A DNA stretch of 63,732 nt, the filler included, from Octopus bimaculoides (lineage: Eukaryota), in assembly GCF_001194135.2 (NCBI RefSeq). It is 8 parts of 7 records of this genome, joined end to end, with 100 filler letters (N's around TTAATTAATTAA, not from the genome) between each part and the next. Parts side by side here need not be neighbours in the genome. Positions count along the whole stretch, not along the records: positions 1 to 22,600 come from NC_068985.1; positions 22,701 to 30,352 come from NC_068986.1; 6 more parts are not named here. One strand, 5' to 3'. Position numbers and translations under genes: made by a program. Of this stretch, positions 11,075 to 22,875 are shown piece after piece. The notes beneath the pieces are model-generated. The model did not search any database, was not told the DNA's origin, and saw nothing but the letters and a program-made list of their open reading frames with translations. Numbering within the stretch: the first letter of the stretch is position 1; the number at the start of each line of letters is the position of its first letter.

Positions 11075-11126
<52 letters not shown>

Positions 11127-11599
11127 AGAGTAGGTTTATTAGCATAGTGAACATTGTGTCTGTGTATGCGTGCATGCGGCAATATAAACAATACAATGTG
11201 TATGACGGACCGTCGTGTAAAGAATATGTATACAACAATATGTGTGTATGTGAGAGAGAAATACCAGTTCATAGAAGAGGTACACAAGTAGAATGTCTAT
11301 ACAAGAAGTCGTGGCCAAGTAGCAGAGCTGTGGTGTCACATGTGTGTGAAGTTGAGCGTCAATGCTGCGATCGGTTACTTGGTACAGAAGATTCTCGCAG
11401 TTTGTTCTAGCTGTTAACTCGTGGTGGAAACAATCCACTCAAACAGTGTCGAGATGAAACCGCTGTTATTGGTGCGTGTACTCTGGTGGTGGTGCGGTGG
11501 CGGAACTGTAGTAGACAGTACATTGGTGGTGATGACGTCGTCGCTGGAAACTGGCTGGAGCTGTGTGTGGTCAAACGACCAGACCTAAAAAGGTCTGTG

Positions 11600-11775
11600 T
11601 CCGCGACAAACTGGCGTAGAGCAAACAGGCTTATTTATAGATGAAATAGGGCTCATCGGAAACGCAGAGAAATTCTCTCACGTGACCTTATCGGAAGGCC
11701 ACGATTGGACGGTATGCACCCTGGCGCGAAACAGAACTGTTGACAAATGCCGCGCAAATAAGAACCAATCAGGGT
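11600..11775 (-). promoter_or_regulatory. Candidate Pol II promoter directing leftward transcription
   Basis: Minus TATAAATA 11639-11632; Inr-like CCAGTT with A at 11612; TCACGTGAC E-box 11678-11686; CCAAT boxes 11703-11708 and 11765-11770; E2F-like TTTCGCGCC 11731-11723; locally CpG-rich unique sequence. Confidence 0.5.
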
Positions 11776-11885
11776 GATGAACACAAGGGGTCCAAGCGGT
11801 CGAAAGCTAGATGTTAGCCGCCACGTTATCATTTGTAAATGAATGCCCGAGAGGTTTCACTACACATACATACAAACATACATAC

Positions 11886-12062
11886 AGGTGCAAGCGTGGC
11901 TGTGTAGTAAGAAGTTTGCTTCCGAACCACAAGGTTCCGTGTTCAGTCCCACTGCGTAGCACCTTGGGCAAGAGTCTTCTACTATAGCCTCGGGCCGACC
12001 AAAGCCTTGTGAGTGGATTTGGTAGACGAAAGCTGAAAGCCCATCATGTATATATTTGTGTA

Positions 12063-12133
<71 letters not shown>

Positions 12134-12265
12134 GGTGTATTTACGTCCCCGTAAGCTTGCGCATCGGCATAAATAAGTAGTGGAGTCAATTCATTCGACT
12201 AACAGTTTCTGAAGGCGGTATCCCAGCATGGCCGCAGTCTTACGACTGAAACAAGTAAAAGATAT
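11886..12265 (+). mobile_element. SINE family A
   Basis: gcgtggctgtgtagtaagaagtttgcttcc...cagcatggccgcagtcttacgactgaaacaagtaaaaga. Confidence 0.85.
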
Positions 12266-12279
12266 ACACAGACAAACAC

Positions 12280-12314
<35 letters not shown>

Positions 12315-12689
12315 CAAAGACAGGATTCCAGTGACACGGAAAGAAAGATTGGGTCACTGCACCAGACAGACAACTGTGTAAGATGACGTGTTGTGTACAC
12401 ATCTTTTATTCGCATTGAACCAGAGGGTCGTCTACCTGTGCATTTTGTCGATTAAAAATAGCTGCTAAATTTTCCTGAAATCACACAGCTCATCGTCTTG
12501 AAGAGAAGGACATAAATAATATATAACCGGATTTTAGTGAGTGTGACAAACATGCAATGATATCAAAAGGTTGGCTTCGTTACAATAGCAGTGGAGTTGG
12601 AGGAAAATGGGTGGAGTATAGACGTGGAAATAATGTGTCGAAAAATAAAAAGGCTGAATGGCCACAGTTGGTATGATTTTGATCAGGTG

Positions 12690-12922
12690 TACGAGGTGGG
12701 TGCTGAAATTTTCCTGGTTTTAAGGGTGTCGCGCAAAAAAAGCCTTATTGGAGACCCAATCTTCAGAATTTAAAAAAAATTTTTTTTACAGAGCTTAGAA
12801 AAACTGGAAGACCGCTGCAATAAGTGTGTGTGTGTGAATGTTGAATAAAATCGTAATTAACTGAACCTATAGTATTTTCTTTTATCCAGAGCCAGGAACT
12901 TTACAGCACCCCACCCCTCATA
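12690..12922 (+). mobile_element. mariner-derived MITE
   Basis: TIRs tacgaggtgggtgctgaaattttcctggtt and agccaggaactttacagcaccccacccctcata (TA at both ends); the interior retains a decayed transposase end (aaactggaagaccgctgcaataagtgtgtg, KLEDRCNKCV); a matching TIR end lies at 16693-16722. Confidence 0.7.
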
Positions 12923-13245
12923 CAGGTGTATGCCAAACGTCAGCAGAGAGAGAGAGAGAGAAGAGGAGTATGAGTCATAAATGAAGTAACAAAGCAAAGA
13001 CAGGTAAACAGACAGAAAGATTGACAGACAGAGAAAGAGGAAAAGGGATTATTTTCTCGGCAAGTCTTCTTTAGGAACAAGTAAAGCAGAGTAAATGGTT
13101 GACTGGGTATTATGTCAGTGTTATTGTGTGTGGTATGTTTTATTTTAATCCAGTGTCTCATAGGAAGTGGGTGTCATGTGAGAATTGGAAAGAAGGCTTA
13201 CAAATCGTTATGTTTAAGAAAATGAATGGAAATTACTCTTTTATA

Positions 13246-13832
13246 CTCTTTTACTTGTTTCAGTCATTTGACTGTGGCCATGCTGGAGCACTGCCTTTAG
13301 TCGAGCAAATCGACCCCCAGGACTTATTCTTTAGAAGCCTAGTACTTATTCTATCGGTCTCTTCTGCCGAACCGCTAAGTTACGGGGACCTCCTAAACAC
13401 ACCAGCATCGGTTGTCAAGCGATGTTGGAGGGGACAAACACAGACACGCAAACACACACACACACANNNNNNNNNNNNNNNNNNNNNNNNNNNNNNNNNN
13501 NNNNNNNNNNNNNNNNNNNNNNNNNNNNNNNNNNNNNNNNNNNNNNNNNNNNNNNNNNNNNNNNNNNNNNNNNNNNNNNNNNNNNNNNNNNNNNNNNNNN
13601 NNNNNNNNNNNNNNNNNNNNNNNNNNNNNNNNNNNNNNNNNATATATATATATATATATATATACATATATACGACGGGCTTCTTTCAGTTTCCGTCTAC
13701 CAAATCCACTCACAAGGGTTTGGTCGGCCCGAGGCTATAGTAGAAGACACTTGCCCAAGGTGTCACGCAGTGGGACTGAACCCGGAACCATGTGGCTGGT
13801 AAGCAAACTACTTACCACACAGCCACTCCTGC
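13246..13832 (-). mobile_element. SINE family A, full length (gap in the internal microsatellite)
   Basis: Colinear with 335-732. Confidence 0.9.
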
Positions 13833-13894
13833 GCAACATCTTGGCGTAGAAACAAGAAATATCTATCTATGCACAGACAGACAGACAGACAAAC

Positions 13895-13934
<40 letters not shown>

Positions 13935-14423
13935 TAGATAGATAGATAGATAGGTAGATAGATAGATCTTTTATCTATTGTTTCAGTCACAGAACAGTGT
14001 CCATGATTGGGCATCACTTTAAAGGACTTAGTCCACGGGTCCTCTACCATTTTTTTTTCTATCTATGGACCCTTTTCATTACTATTTTATTCTTGTGGAC
14101 CCCCTATAGCCATTCGATGTTTAAAAGCTAATTTTATAAAATGTTATTTATCAATGTTTTTACACATTAATTTCTGTCGGTTGAACCATGTAAAAATGTT
14201 AGAGAAAGAAACCTGTAGCAGAAGTGATTTACCCTCATTATGTGTGAGATGTTTTCGTTTTGACTCATCTAGGTTCAAATACTCAAAAATGGGCTCCACA
14301 AGCCCTTTTTGTTCCAGCAGATCACATGATCTCGTGATTGAACGAACCTATCTGGACCAACAGTTAGTTCATTTTTCTTTAGGCAGTAAATTAATCACCA
14401 GCTCCTGGGAGCCTACTATTTTC

Positions 14424-15621
14424 GGTCAAACTAAAGCGTTTGACCAGGTGACGAAAAAAAAAAAATTAGTCTAATAGGTGTAAAACAACTTGCTGGGAAC
14501 GAATATGAAGGAAAAAAAGGCGCGCTCGCGAACGAGGAGGTGGAGAGAAGGCTCGGAACATTCACATGCTGAATGTTCTGAGACGCCTCACCGGAGCCCA
14601 GAAACAAAAGAAAAATAGTGTAATAGATGTAAAACGACTTGCGGATCTTTTTTAAAACGGGGGCCACATTTTTCATTAACGAAACACTTTGAAACTTGGA
14701 ACACTGGTAGAATGGGTCATATAAAACATCTTTTTCTCNNNNNNNNNNNNNNNNNNNNNNNNNNNNNNNNNNNNNNNNNNNNNNNNNNNNNNNNNNNNNN
14801 NNNNNNNNNNNNNNNNNNNNNNNNNNNNNNNNNNNNNNNNNNNNNNNNNNNNNNNNNNNNNNNNNNNNNNNNNNNNNNNNNNNNNNNNNNNNNNNNNNNN
14901 NNNNNNNNNNNNNNNNNNNNNNNNNNNNNNNNNNNNNNNNNNNNNNNNNNNNNNNNNNNNNNNNNNNNNNNNNNNNNNNNNNNNNNNNNNNNNNNNNNNN
15001 NNNNNNNNNNNNNNNNNNNNNNNNNNNNNNNNNNNNNNNNNNNNNNNNNNNNNNNNNNNNNNNNNNNNNNNNNNNNNNNNNNNNNNNNNNNNNNNNNNNN
15101 NNNNNNNNNNNNNNNNNNNNNNNNNNNNNNNNNNNNNNNNNNNNNNNNNNNNNNNNNNNNNNNNNNNNNNNNNNNNNNNNNNNNNNNNNNNNNNNNNNNN
15201 NNNNNNNNNNNNNNNNNNNNNNNNNNNNNNNNNNNNNNNNNNNNNNNNNNNNNNNNNNNNNNNNNNNNNNNNNNNNNNNNNNNNNNNNNNNNNNNNNNNN
15301 NNNNNNNNNNNNNNNNNNNNNNNNNNNNNNNNNNNNNNNNNNNNNNNNNNNNNNNNNNNNNNNNNNNNNNNNNNNNNNNNNNNNNNNNNNNNNNNNNNNN
15401 NNNNNNNNNNNNNNNNNNNNNNNNNNNNNNNNNNNNNNNNNNNNNNNNNNNNNNNNNNNNNNNNNNNNNNNNNNNNNNNNNNNNNNNNNNNNNNNNNNNN
15501 NNNNCCCCCGTTCGCGAGCGCGCATTTTTTTCTTCATATTCGTTCTCAGCAAGTTGTTTTACTCCTATTAGACTAATTTTCTCTATTTTAGTCACCGAGT
15601 CAAACGCTATAGTTTGAACCC
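14424..15621. mobile_element. TIR element with inverted ends of about 120 bp, centre lost in an N gap
   Basis: 14424-14543 (ggtcaaactaaagcgtttgac...attagtctaatagg.gtaaaacaacttgctg.gaacgaatatgaag...gcgcgctcgcgaacg) mirrors 15506-15621. Confidence 0.75.
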
Positions 15622-16930
15622 TATTGGTCTATAAGATCGACAGTTCTTGGCTTCCCGATGTCTTTGACACTCGCCACTGACGAAACGCAACTCGTTTCTG
15701 GCAACGATGTATCTGACGCCAGCCAGTCTCCGTTTTTTTTTTCTCCTCCACCAGACGTCGTTGCTGTATGAACACCACACGACCAACAGACCAACGGCTG
15801 CCTTTAAACACCACCAAACAGTACATCAACTATGTCTACAAGATCAACAGTCCAACCTAACCACGAAGTGTCGCACACATCCTTGTTGTAATCTGTTATG
15901 TTATGTTAATTCATGTATGGCAAACACTGTGTTTTATAACGGAGAATAAATCGTTGCTTTCCAGTTCAGTTTCAATCTCACGTCATATATCCATTTCCAC
16001 ATTTCTCTTATTTATCATCTGCCGTTATAAACCTCTTTCTTGCAATACATACCTATACATACATCTAAAGCAAAATTTTTTCAGGGACCCTTAAAATACT
16101 ACTGTGGATCCCCGATTTACTATTTTGTTGTGTAAACCCCTCAAAACTTTTATATGGACTCCCCTACCCCGAGATCATATGAACCCTGGTTGAAAATCAG
16201 TAGTTTAGTCAAACAAAACGACCTCAGTATTATTTTTAAAACCTTGTACTTGTTCTATTGGTCTCTTTTTGCCAAACCGTTAAGTTACGGGGACGTAAGC
16301 AAACCAACACNNNNNNNNNNNNNNNNNNNNNNNNNNNNNNNNNNNNNNNNNNNNNNNNNNNNNNNNNNNNNNNNNNNNNNNNNNNNNNNNNNNNNNNNNN
16401 NNNNNNNNNNNNNNNNNNNNNNNNNNNNNNNNNNNNNNNNNNNNNNNNNNNNNNNNNNNNNNNNNNNNNNNNNNNNNNNNNNNNNNNNNNNNNNNNNNNN
16501 NNNNNNNNNNNNNNNNNNNNNNNNNNNNNNNNNNNNNNNNNNNNNNNNNNNNNNNNNNNNNNNNNNNNNNNNNNNNNNNNNNNNNNNNNNNNNNNNNNNN
16601 NNNNNNNNNNNNNNNNNNNNNNNNNNNNNNNNNNNNNNNNNNNNNNNNNNNNNNNNNNNNNNNNNNNNNNNGTATTTTCTTTTACCCAAAATCAGGAAGT
16701 TTTCAGCACCCCCCCCCTCGTATACATACATATATATTACAAATTGAGATAGATAGATATAGATAGATAGATATCTTTCTTTTATTAGCCACACAGGGCT
16801 GCACACAGAGGAGACAAATACAACTGTAGAGCTTTTCTTTAAAAATAAAAAGGTAAAATAAAAATAAAAAAATCCGATCAAAAGAAGAAGAAGAGGAAGA
16901 AATCGCCAACGGCCCATGTGTAGTTACGTA

Positions 16931-17060
16931 TAAATTAGATAAAGCTAGTTATGGCCGGTGTACGCAGTTACCCATGGTTTCACGTCCATAAAGCCCTTGG
17001 CTTTACAGCTTTTCTTCAGACTTGGATAACCCCATAGACCGGCCATAATTATCTAATTTA
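16931..17060. mobile_element. Small MITE-like inverted repeat
   Basis: taaattagata[aagctag]ttatggccggtgta versus the reverse complement of tagaccggccataattatctaattta. Confidence 0.55.
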
Positions 17061-17117
17061 CTCTACTGCCCTATAACTTAGAATGTGCTTCTCTTTCAGG
17101 TTTATGATTTACTGACG

Positions 17118-17153
<36 letters not shown>

Positions 17154-17553
17154 CTCAGTTTGGTCAGTGTGTCCGTTCTTGTTCTCTTTTAAAATTTTTA
17201 ATCAAAAAAAAAAAAAAAATGAAAGCTAGTTGCAGCCATTTTCCTTTTGATAAAATGCTTCAGCAACCACGATATCTGATGTGCAGCTATAAATCATACA
17301 GGCTGAGTGCCTACGTAAGAGACTTCTTTTTACTTTTTGTTTTATTAAAGTGACATTCTGCTCGTTGATTTATGTCACTCGTTCTATAGCAATAGGGATG
17401 AAAGCGACTTGTCAACATCTGCATTCTTACGTTGCCAAGTGGAATTCATCACTTCTTTGGAGTGGATTTAATACACTCCTCGTTTCCTTGGGTGCTATGT
17501 TGTATTGTGGAGTTTGTTTAATCTTGTGTGTGTGTATGTGTGTGTGTGTATCG

Positions 17554-17875
17554 GCGCAGGTGTGACAGTACGGCAAGAAGTTTACTTCCCAACCATATGG
17601 TTCTCGGTTCAGTCCCACTGCATAGTACCTTGGGCAGGTGTCTTCTACCAAAGCTCCAGGCCAACCAAAGCCTTGTGAGTGGATCGGTAGATTGGTAGAC
17701 GGAAACTGACAGAAACTCCTCTATATATAGATAGATAGATAGATAGATAGGGGGAGGGGAGGGAGAGAGAAGGGGAGGGAAAGAGAAAGAGATGTGTGTG
17801 CGTGAGTGTTTGTGTCTGTCTTTGTCCCCCGCCACCGCTTGACAACCAGTGCTGGTGTGTTTACGTCCATCTTTC
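17554..17875 (+). mobile_element. SINE family A (3' truncated)
   Basis: gcgcaggtgtgacagtacggcaagaag...ggttcagtcccactgc...cgcttgacaaccagtgctggtgtgtttacgtcc. Confidence 0.8.
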
Positions 17876-18097
17876 TTCACCCATTCCCTTCCGGTCATTT
17901 CAAAATGTCACCACATGTGAATCGTTGGCGATTGTCTTCTTCCGTCTTCTTTTCTGTTTCTGAAGAAGAGTGTTGCTCGAAACCCTAAACCACCTTTCTT
18001 TCCTTCCCTGAGCGTCTGCTAATACTTTACATGTACCACGTCCTCGCATTGTTGTGTTTTATTTATTTATTTTTTTGGTGTTCTTTTTCTGGATTTA

Positions 18098-18167
<70 letters not shown>

Positions 18168-18427
18168 GTGCATTCTATCTGTCCTTCTCTTGTCTCCAGT
18201 CCTACAGGACATTTTCATATTTCTTTGTATTACCCCATGTCAGTCTGGTTTGCGGCTTTTTTTTTGTTGTATATGTATATTTTATTTTGTCATGTTTGTT
18301 TTCGTCATCGTCCTGTACATTCGTTAGCTATTCCCAATAGCTTTTCGTCACTGGCGCCAGCAAACGAAATAAACACAACAGAAATACTTTGCAGTCCATT
18401 TGGTTTTATTCGTGCGTGTGTGTGTGT

Positions 18428-18968
18428 ACAGTAATTCCTCCCTTTACGAGGAGACGCTTTATGAGACCCCAGGTTTACTATATTTATTTTTCAAGCACAA
18501 GGTCCAAATTTTGAACGAAGTACAAAAGTTTCTACTTCCATAACAAATGCTTCTGCGTGTTACCGAGAAATTTATAGAGAGCGAAAAAGAAAAGTTTCTT
18601 CTTAGCAAACAACTCTAGACTTGTTTTTTAAAAAGAAATCTACAAGTCTGTCTCCGAGTGCTTGTGAATCGGTGATCGTGTCTACAAGTGATGGCGTGCG
18701 CGAGTCTAGTGTGAGTGAAAATGATTAAGAAAACGATTATAATAATATTTTTTATTACAAATTATCTTGACATTCCTTTTACTTAACATAAAATATTCTT
18801 TATAATCTACTGTTGTTTTATCGCCATTTATTTACGAGTATTATAAATTTTATAGGTAAAATATTTTTTCTGCGAACGAATTGCAATTTATAACATTGCA
18901 ACTATGGGAAATTATTGCTATGCTTAGTGAGTTTTCGCTTTACGAGCGGTGTCCGGAAACAAATTAAC
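18428..18968 (+). mobile_element. pogo/Tigger-like DNA transposon relic
   Basis: FQAQGPNFERSTKVSTSITNASACYREIYRERKRKVSS*QTTLDLFFKK (about 18490-18635) matches the Tigger transposase C-terminus; TIR-like cagtaattcctccctttacgag at the left end and cgctttacgagcggtgtccgga near the right end. Confidence 0.65.
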
Positions 18969-19135
18969 TCATATCCTTTTCTACTCAAGGCACAAGGCCC
19001 GAAATTTTGGGGAAGGGGGCCAGTCGACTAGATAGACTCCAGTACGCAACTTGTACTTAATTTATCGACCTCAAAAGGATGAAAGGCAAAGTCGACCTCG
19101 GTGGAATTTGAACTCAGAACGTAAAGACAGACGTA
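18968..19135 (-). mobile_element. tRNA-derived SINE family B
   Basis: Minus strand ctgagttcaaattccaccgaggtcgactttgcctttcatccttttgaggtcgataaattaagtac; the central segment resembles conserved SINE core domains (from memory, unverified). Confidence 0.8.
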
Positions 19136-19984
19136 ATTAACTAATATATCGAGACATTACTGTATGTGCTTGTTGATTTTCTCTGTCTCTTTTTAGATCT
19201 TGCTTTTCAAGGTTATTTCCTAAGAATTGTATTTTTCTTTATATCCTTTTCTATTCGCCAGCTCAATAAGTAGACGTCTGTTCCTGTTTCTGGATTTGCT
19301 TGACTAGATTTTACTTTGCTAAATCGTATCCTGTTCTAACTACATTTGCTGATTTGTTTATCGCTTGTTAACTGTCTGATTCATGGTTTCACACATTTTG
19401 TATGTTTGTCAATAGCCATATTTACCGGTGTATTGCCCTGCATCTAATGAGTCCGTATTACGGATAGGAGATCGAATATTATTGGCCAGGGAGCCGGATG
19501 ATGGACATAAGTCAATAGCTCTTTTCTGTTTGGCTGCCATTTTTCAATTTTCTTCAATGTTTGTTCCAATTGATTTCATATTTACTGTATTAATGTAGCT
19601 TTGTAAGGTAATCATTGACATGAAATTAATTTTCGCCATAAAGAGTTAATAGCTTTTAAAGTTTGTATATTTTGAGTAATTTTAGCCAATCGAAAGCCAG
19701 ACATATAGATGCTTATTTCCATAGTAACAAGTCAAGCTGTTACCATTTTTTACCTTATTAAATTGTAGTCATGAAATGTGCTAAATAATAATAACTAAAT
19801 AGGCCTTAAATCACGCACCAATTTTATTTTGGGGTGGGGGTAGCATAATCGTATGAATTCTCGTGTGTAAAAATTTTCTGAAAATTCCCAAAAAATAAAA
19901 AAAGGGGATATATGGCGTGCATAAAGCAGAATTCTGCCTATATTTCTGTCAGTTTGCCACAATAATTGTTACTAACAATAAAGT

Positions 19985-20623
19985 ATTGGTTTCAAATAGG
20001 TTCGTGGGAAGGGGATCAACCCAATACTTGAACTGGTGCTTATTTCACCGACCCTGAAAGGATAAAAGACAAACTCGATGCCGGCGATATTTGAACTCGA
20101 AATATAAAATCGGAAGAAATACCGCTAACCATTTTGTTCGGTGTACTAACGATTTCGTTGCTCGCCGCCTTTACTAATAATGGCTTCAAATTTTGACGCA
20201 AGGCCAGCAAGTTCGGGTGATGGGTTAATCGATTACATCAACCCCAGTGCTCAATCGGTACTTATTCTATCGAACCTGAAAGGATGAAAGATCAAGTCTA
20301 CCTCGGTGAAATTCGAACTCAGAACAAAGTAGAAAGAAATATCGTTAAGCATTTTGTCCGACGCGGTAACGATTTTTCCGGTTCATTGTCTTCTCTAATA
20401 AAATATTGTTTTCAAATTTTGGCACAAGGCCATCAATTTGGAGGGAGGGGGTTAGTCAATTACATTGACTCCCCCCCCCTCCAGTGCTCGATCGGTACTT
20501 ATTCTATCGACCTTGGAAGGATGAAAGGCAAAGTCGACGGGATTCGAACTCAGAACATAAATTCGAAAGAAATGCCGCTAAGCATTTTATGAAGTGCGGT
20601 AACGATTCTGCCAGCGCGCCGCC
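19985..20623 (-). mobile_element. Three head-to-tail SINE family B copies
   Basis: Units at about 19985-20170, 20181-20390 and 20406-20623, each with ...gaaaggatgaaag..aa.tc.ac..cgg.ga.attcgaactc. Confidence 0.85.
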
Positions 20624-21444
20624 TTTATTTATAACGAACTATTGAAAACAACTCAAAATATCACAAAATTTGTTTACGGTACGTACAAATCTCAACACAT
20701 TGTTCCTCGGTATACATAACCCACCCATGATATGCACCTTACATTATTTAATAGCTGTATTACCTTTAAGAAATAGTTTTTGAAATTATTTCAATGAAAC
20801 ATTCTTCCAGAGAGCTGAAAAGAATTTTTTAAAACTCCATTCACATGCAATGAGTGGAAGAAAACAAAATCAAAGCAGAAGTGTACCAAACTGGGGGCTG
20901 ATCGCGGTTATGTAAAACATGGCGGACAAAAATACGAATTTTACATCCTGTATGACAATTATCTTAAGCAGAATATAAACGACTACACAGTTAATTTGAT
21001 AAATTTATGGTTTCACGCTTTATTCCAGTATACTGTCACAGCATTGTATTTACATGCACAGACTCATATTTTCCTTACAAAACTACGTTAAAATATCTTT
21101 TCAATATGCGTGTAACAAAACTACTAAATTTATGTTTCCCACAGAATATCCAAGTAAAAATAGGATGCGTCTTATGCTATACTGCACATAATTTTATAAC
21201 CTGTTTTTGCTAAGGATGTCGTGCTGTCTTTTAAAAATTTTTTAAATATCTGTGGGAACTGGGTCGCGTTTATGCTTGATATCTTTAAACTGTCAAAGCC
21301 TTCTGTGGGCTAAGCGATTATTGATCCATTTTGTTGTTCCGCTAGAGTTAATGCTGTTGTACCTCCATTACTATCTCCGCTGCTGTTGTCAATTTGGACC
21401 GAACTTTCAAAAATTAAAACATTCTAATCTCTGAATACTAATAT

Positions 21445-22115
21445 TATTTACTTTTAATTGTTTCAGTCATTGAACTGCAGCCTCACTGGTGCAGCGTCTT
21501 GAAGCGTTTCGTCGAACAAATTGACCACAGTACTATCTTTTAAATCTAGTACTAATTCGATCAGTTCCTTTTGCTGAACCGCTATGTCATAGGGATGTAA
21601 ACAAACCAACACCGGTTGTTAAGTAGTGGACAGAGAACAAACACTATGACACATCAAATATACATACACACACACACACACACACACAGACAAGTATGTA
21701 TATATGTAGACAGACAGACACATGACCAAATTCACGAATAGGTTCGTTCGAGTGAGAACTGTCGTGAGTCGTGTGGTTAAGAAGTTCGATTTGCAACCAT
21801 GTGGTTTCAGGTTCAGTACCACAGCACAGCACTTTGGGCAAGTGTCTTCCACTTTAGCCCGTCTAATATGTTGTTAGTGAATTTTTCCGTAGACACAAGT
21901 GCGGGGCATATCTCGGATTACCATTATATAAAAGTGGCTCAATCTATCATTTTCAGGCGCAGCTGTGTATTAAGAAGTTTGCTTCCCAACCATATGGTTC
22001 CAGGTTCAATCCTACAGTGCAACACCTTAGGCAAGTGTCTTCTACTATAGCCCCGGTTAACCAAAGCTTTGTGAGTGGATTTGGTAGACAGAAACTGAAA
22101 GACGCCAGATGTATG
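21445..22115. mobile_element. Cluster of SINE family A fragments (21445-21640 minus; 21765-21900 and 21955-22115 plus)
   Basis: Matches to the family A head and tail motifs. Confidence 0.75.
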
Positions 22116-22321
22116 TGTATATATATTATAATTTTCTTTCGAAAACCGTAGAAGTGCTCAAGTCGAATCCGAGGCGCTAGACAAGTATAATAGATACGAT
22201 AGAAAAGTTTGAAATCAGACAGGCTACGATTAAAAAATACATATACGGGTCTAATTAGGATAAAATAAGAATTGTCCAATCTGAAACATATATTGATATA
22301 TTAGAAATATATACATATATT

Positions 22322-22362
<41 letters not shown>

Positions 22363-22875
22363 AGAGAGAGAAGTGTATCCCAACACAGGACAAAATATAG
22401 GAGAATTTGTTTGGGGGTTTGAAAATGCATCTGAATCTCAAAACGTGTAATCGTTTTTAAATTTTGTAATAGATTTATTCAAATACCAAACCGGTTTCGC
22501 CTATTTTTTTTGTTTATCAATGGTAAAACATATATATGAATAAGGAGCTTAGGAGAGTTTAAATTTACAGGGAAAATTCAGGAAAACGTGTTTAAACGAT
22601 NNNNNNNNNNNNNNNNNNNNNNNNNNNNNNNNNNNNNNNNNNNNTTAATTAATTAANNNNNNNNNNNNNNNNNNNNNNNNNNNNNNNNNNNNNNNNNNNN
22701 TTTAACTTCTTGCATACTTCCAGCCCACAGCAACATCATATCTCCTCCACTATTTAAGTATTACGTGTCAAAAGTGAAACAAAAACACTCATGTCATTCG
22801 AACCGGAATCTCAAAAACATTGTCACCTTACATCTCATTCTAATTTAAGTACCATGACAGGCAAATAAAAATTAC

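Noticed and set aside
11581-11596. agacct-tttt-aggtct hairpin resembling a histone 3' stem-loop
   Set aside because: First base pair is non-consensus, no histone ORF upstream, and it lies just downstream of a putative TSS
20910-20960. aaacATGGCGG start context (MADKNTNFTS, possible GTATGA donor)
   Set aside because: The motif is common in transposon ends; no supporting promoter or downstream exon found
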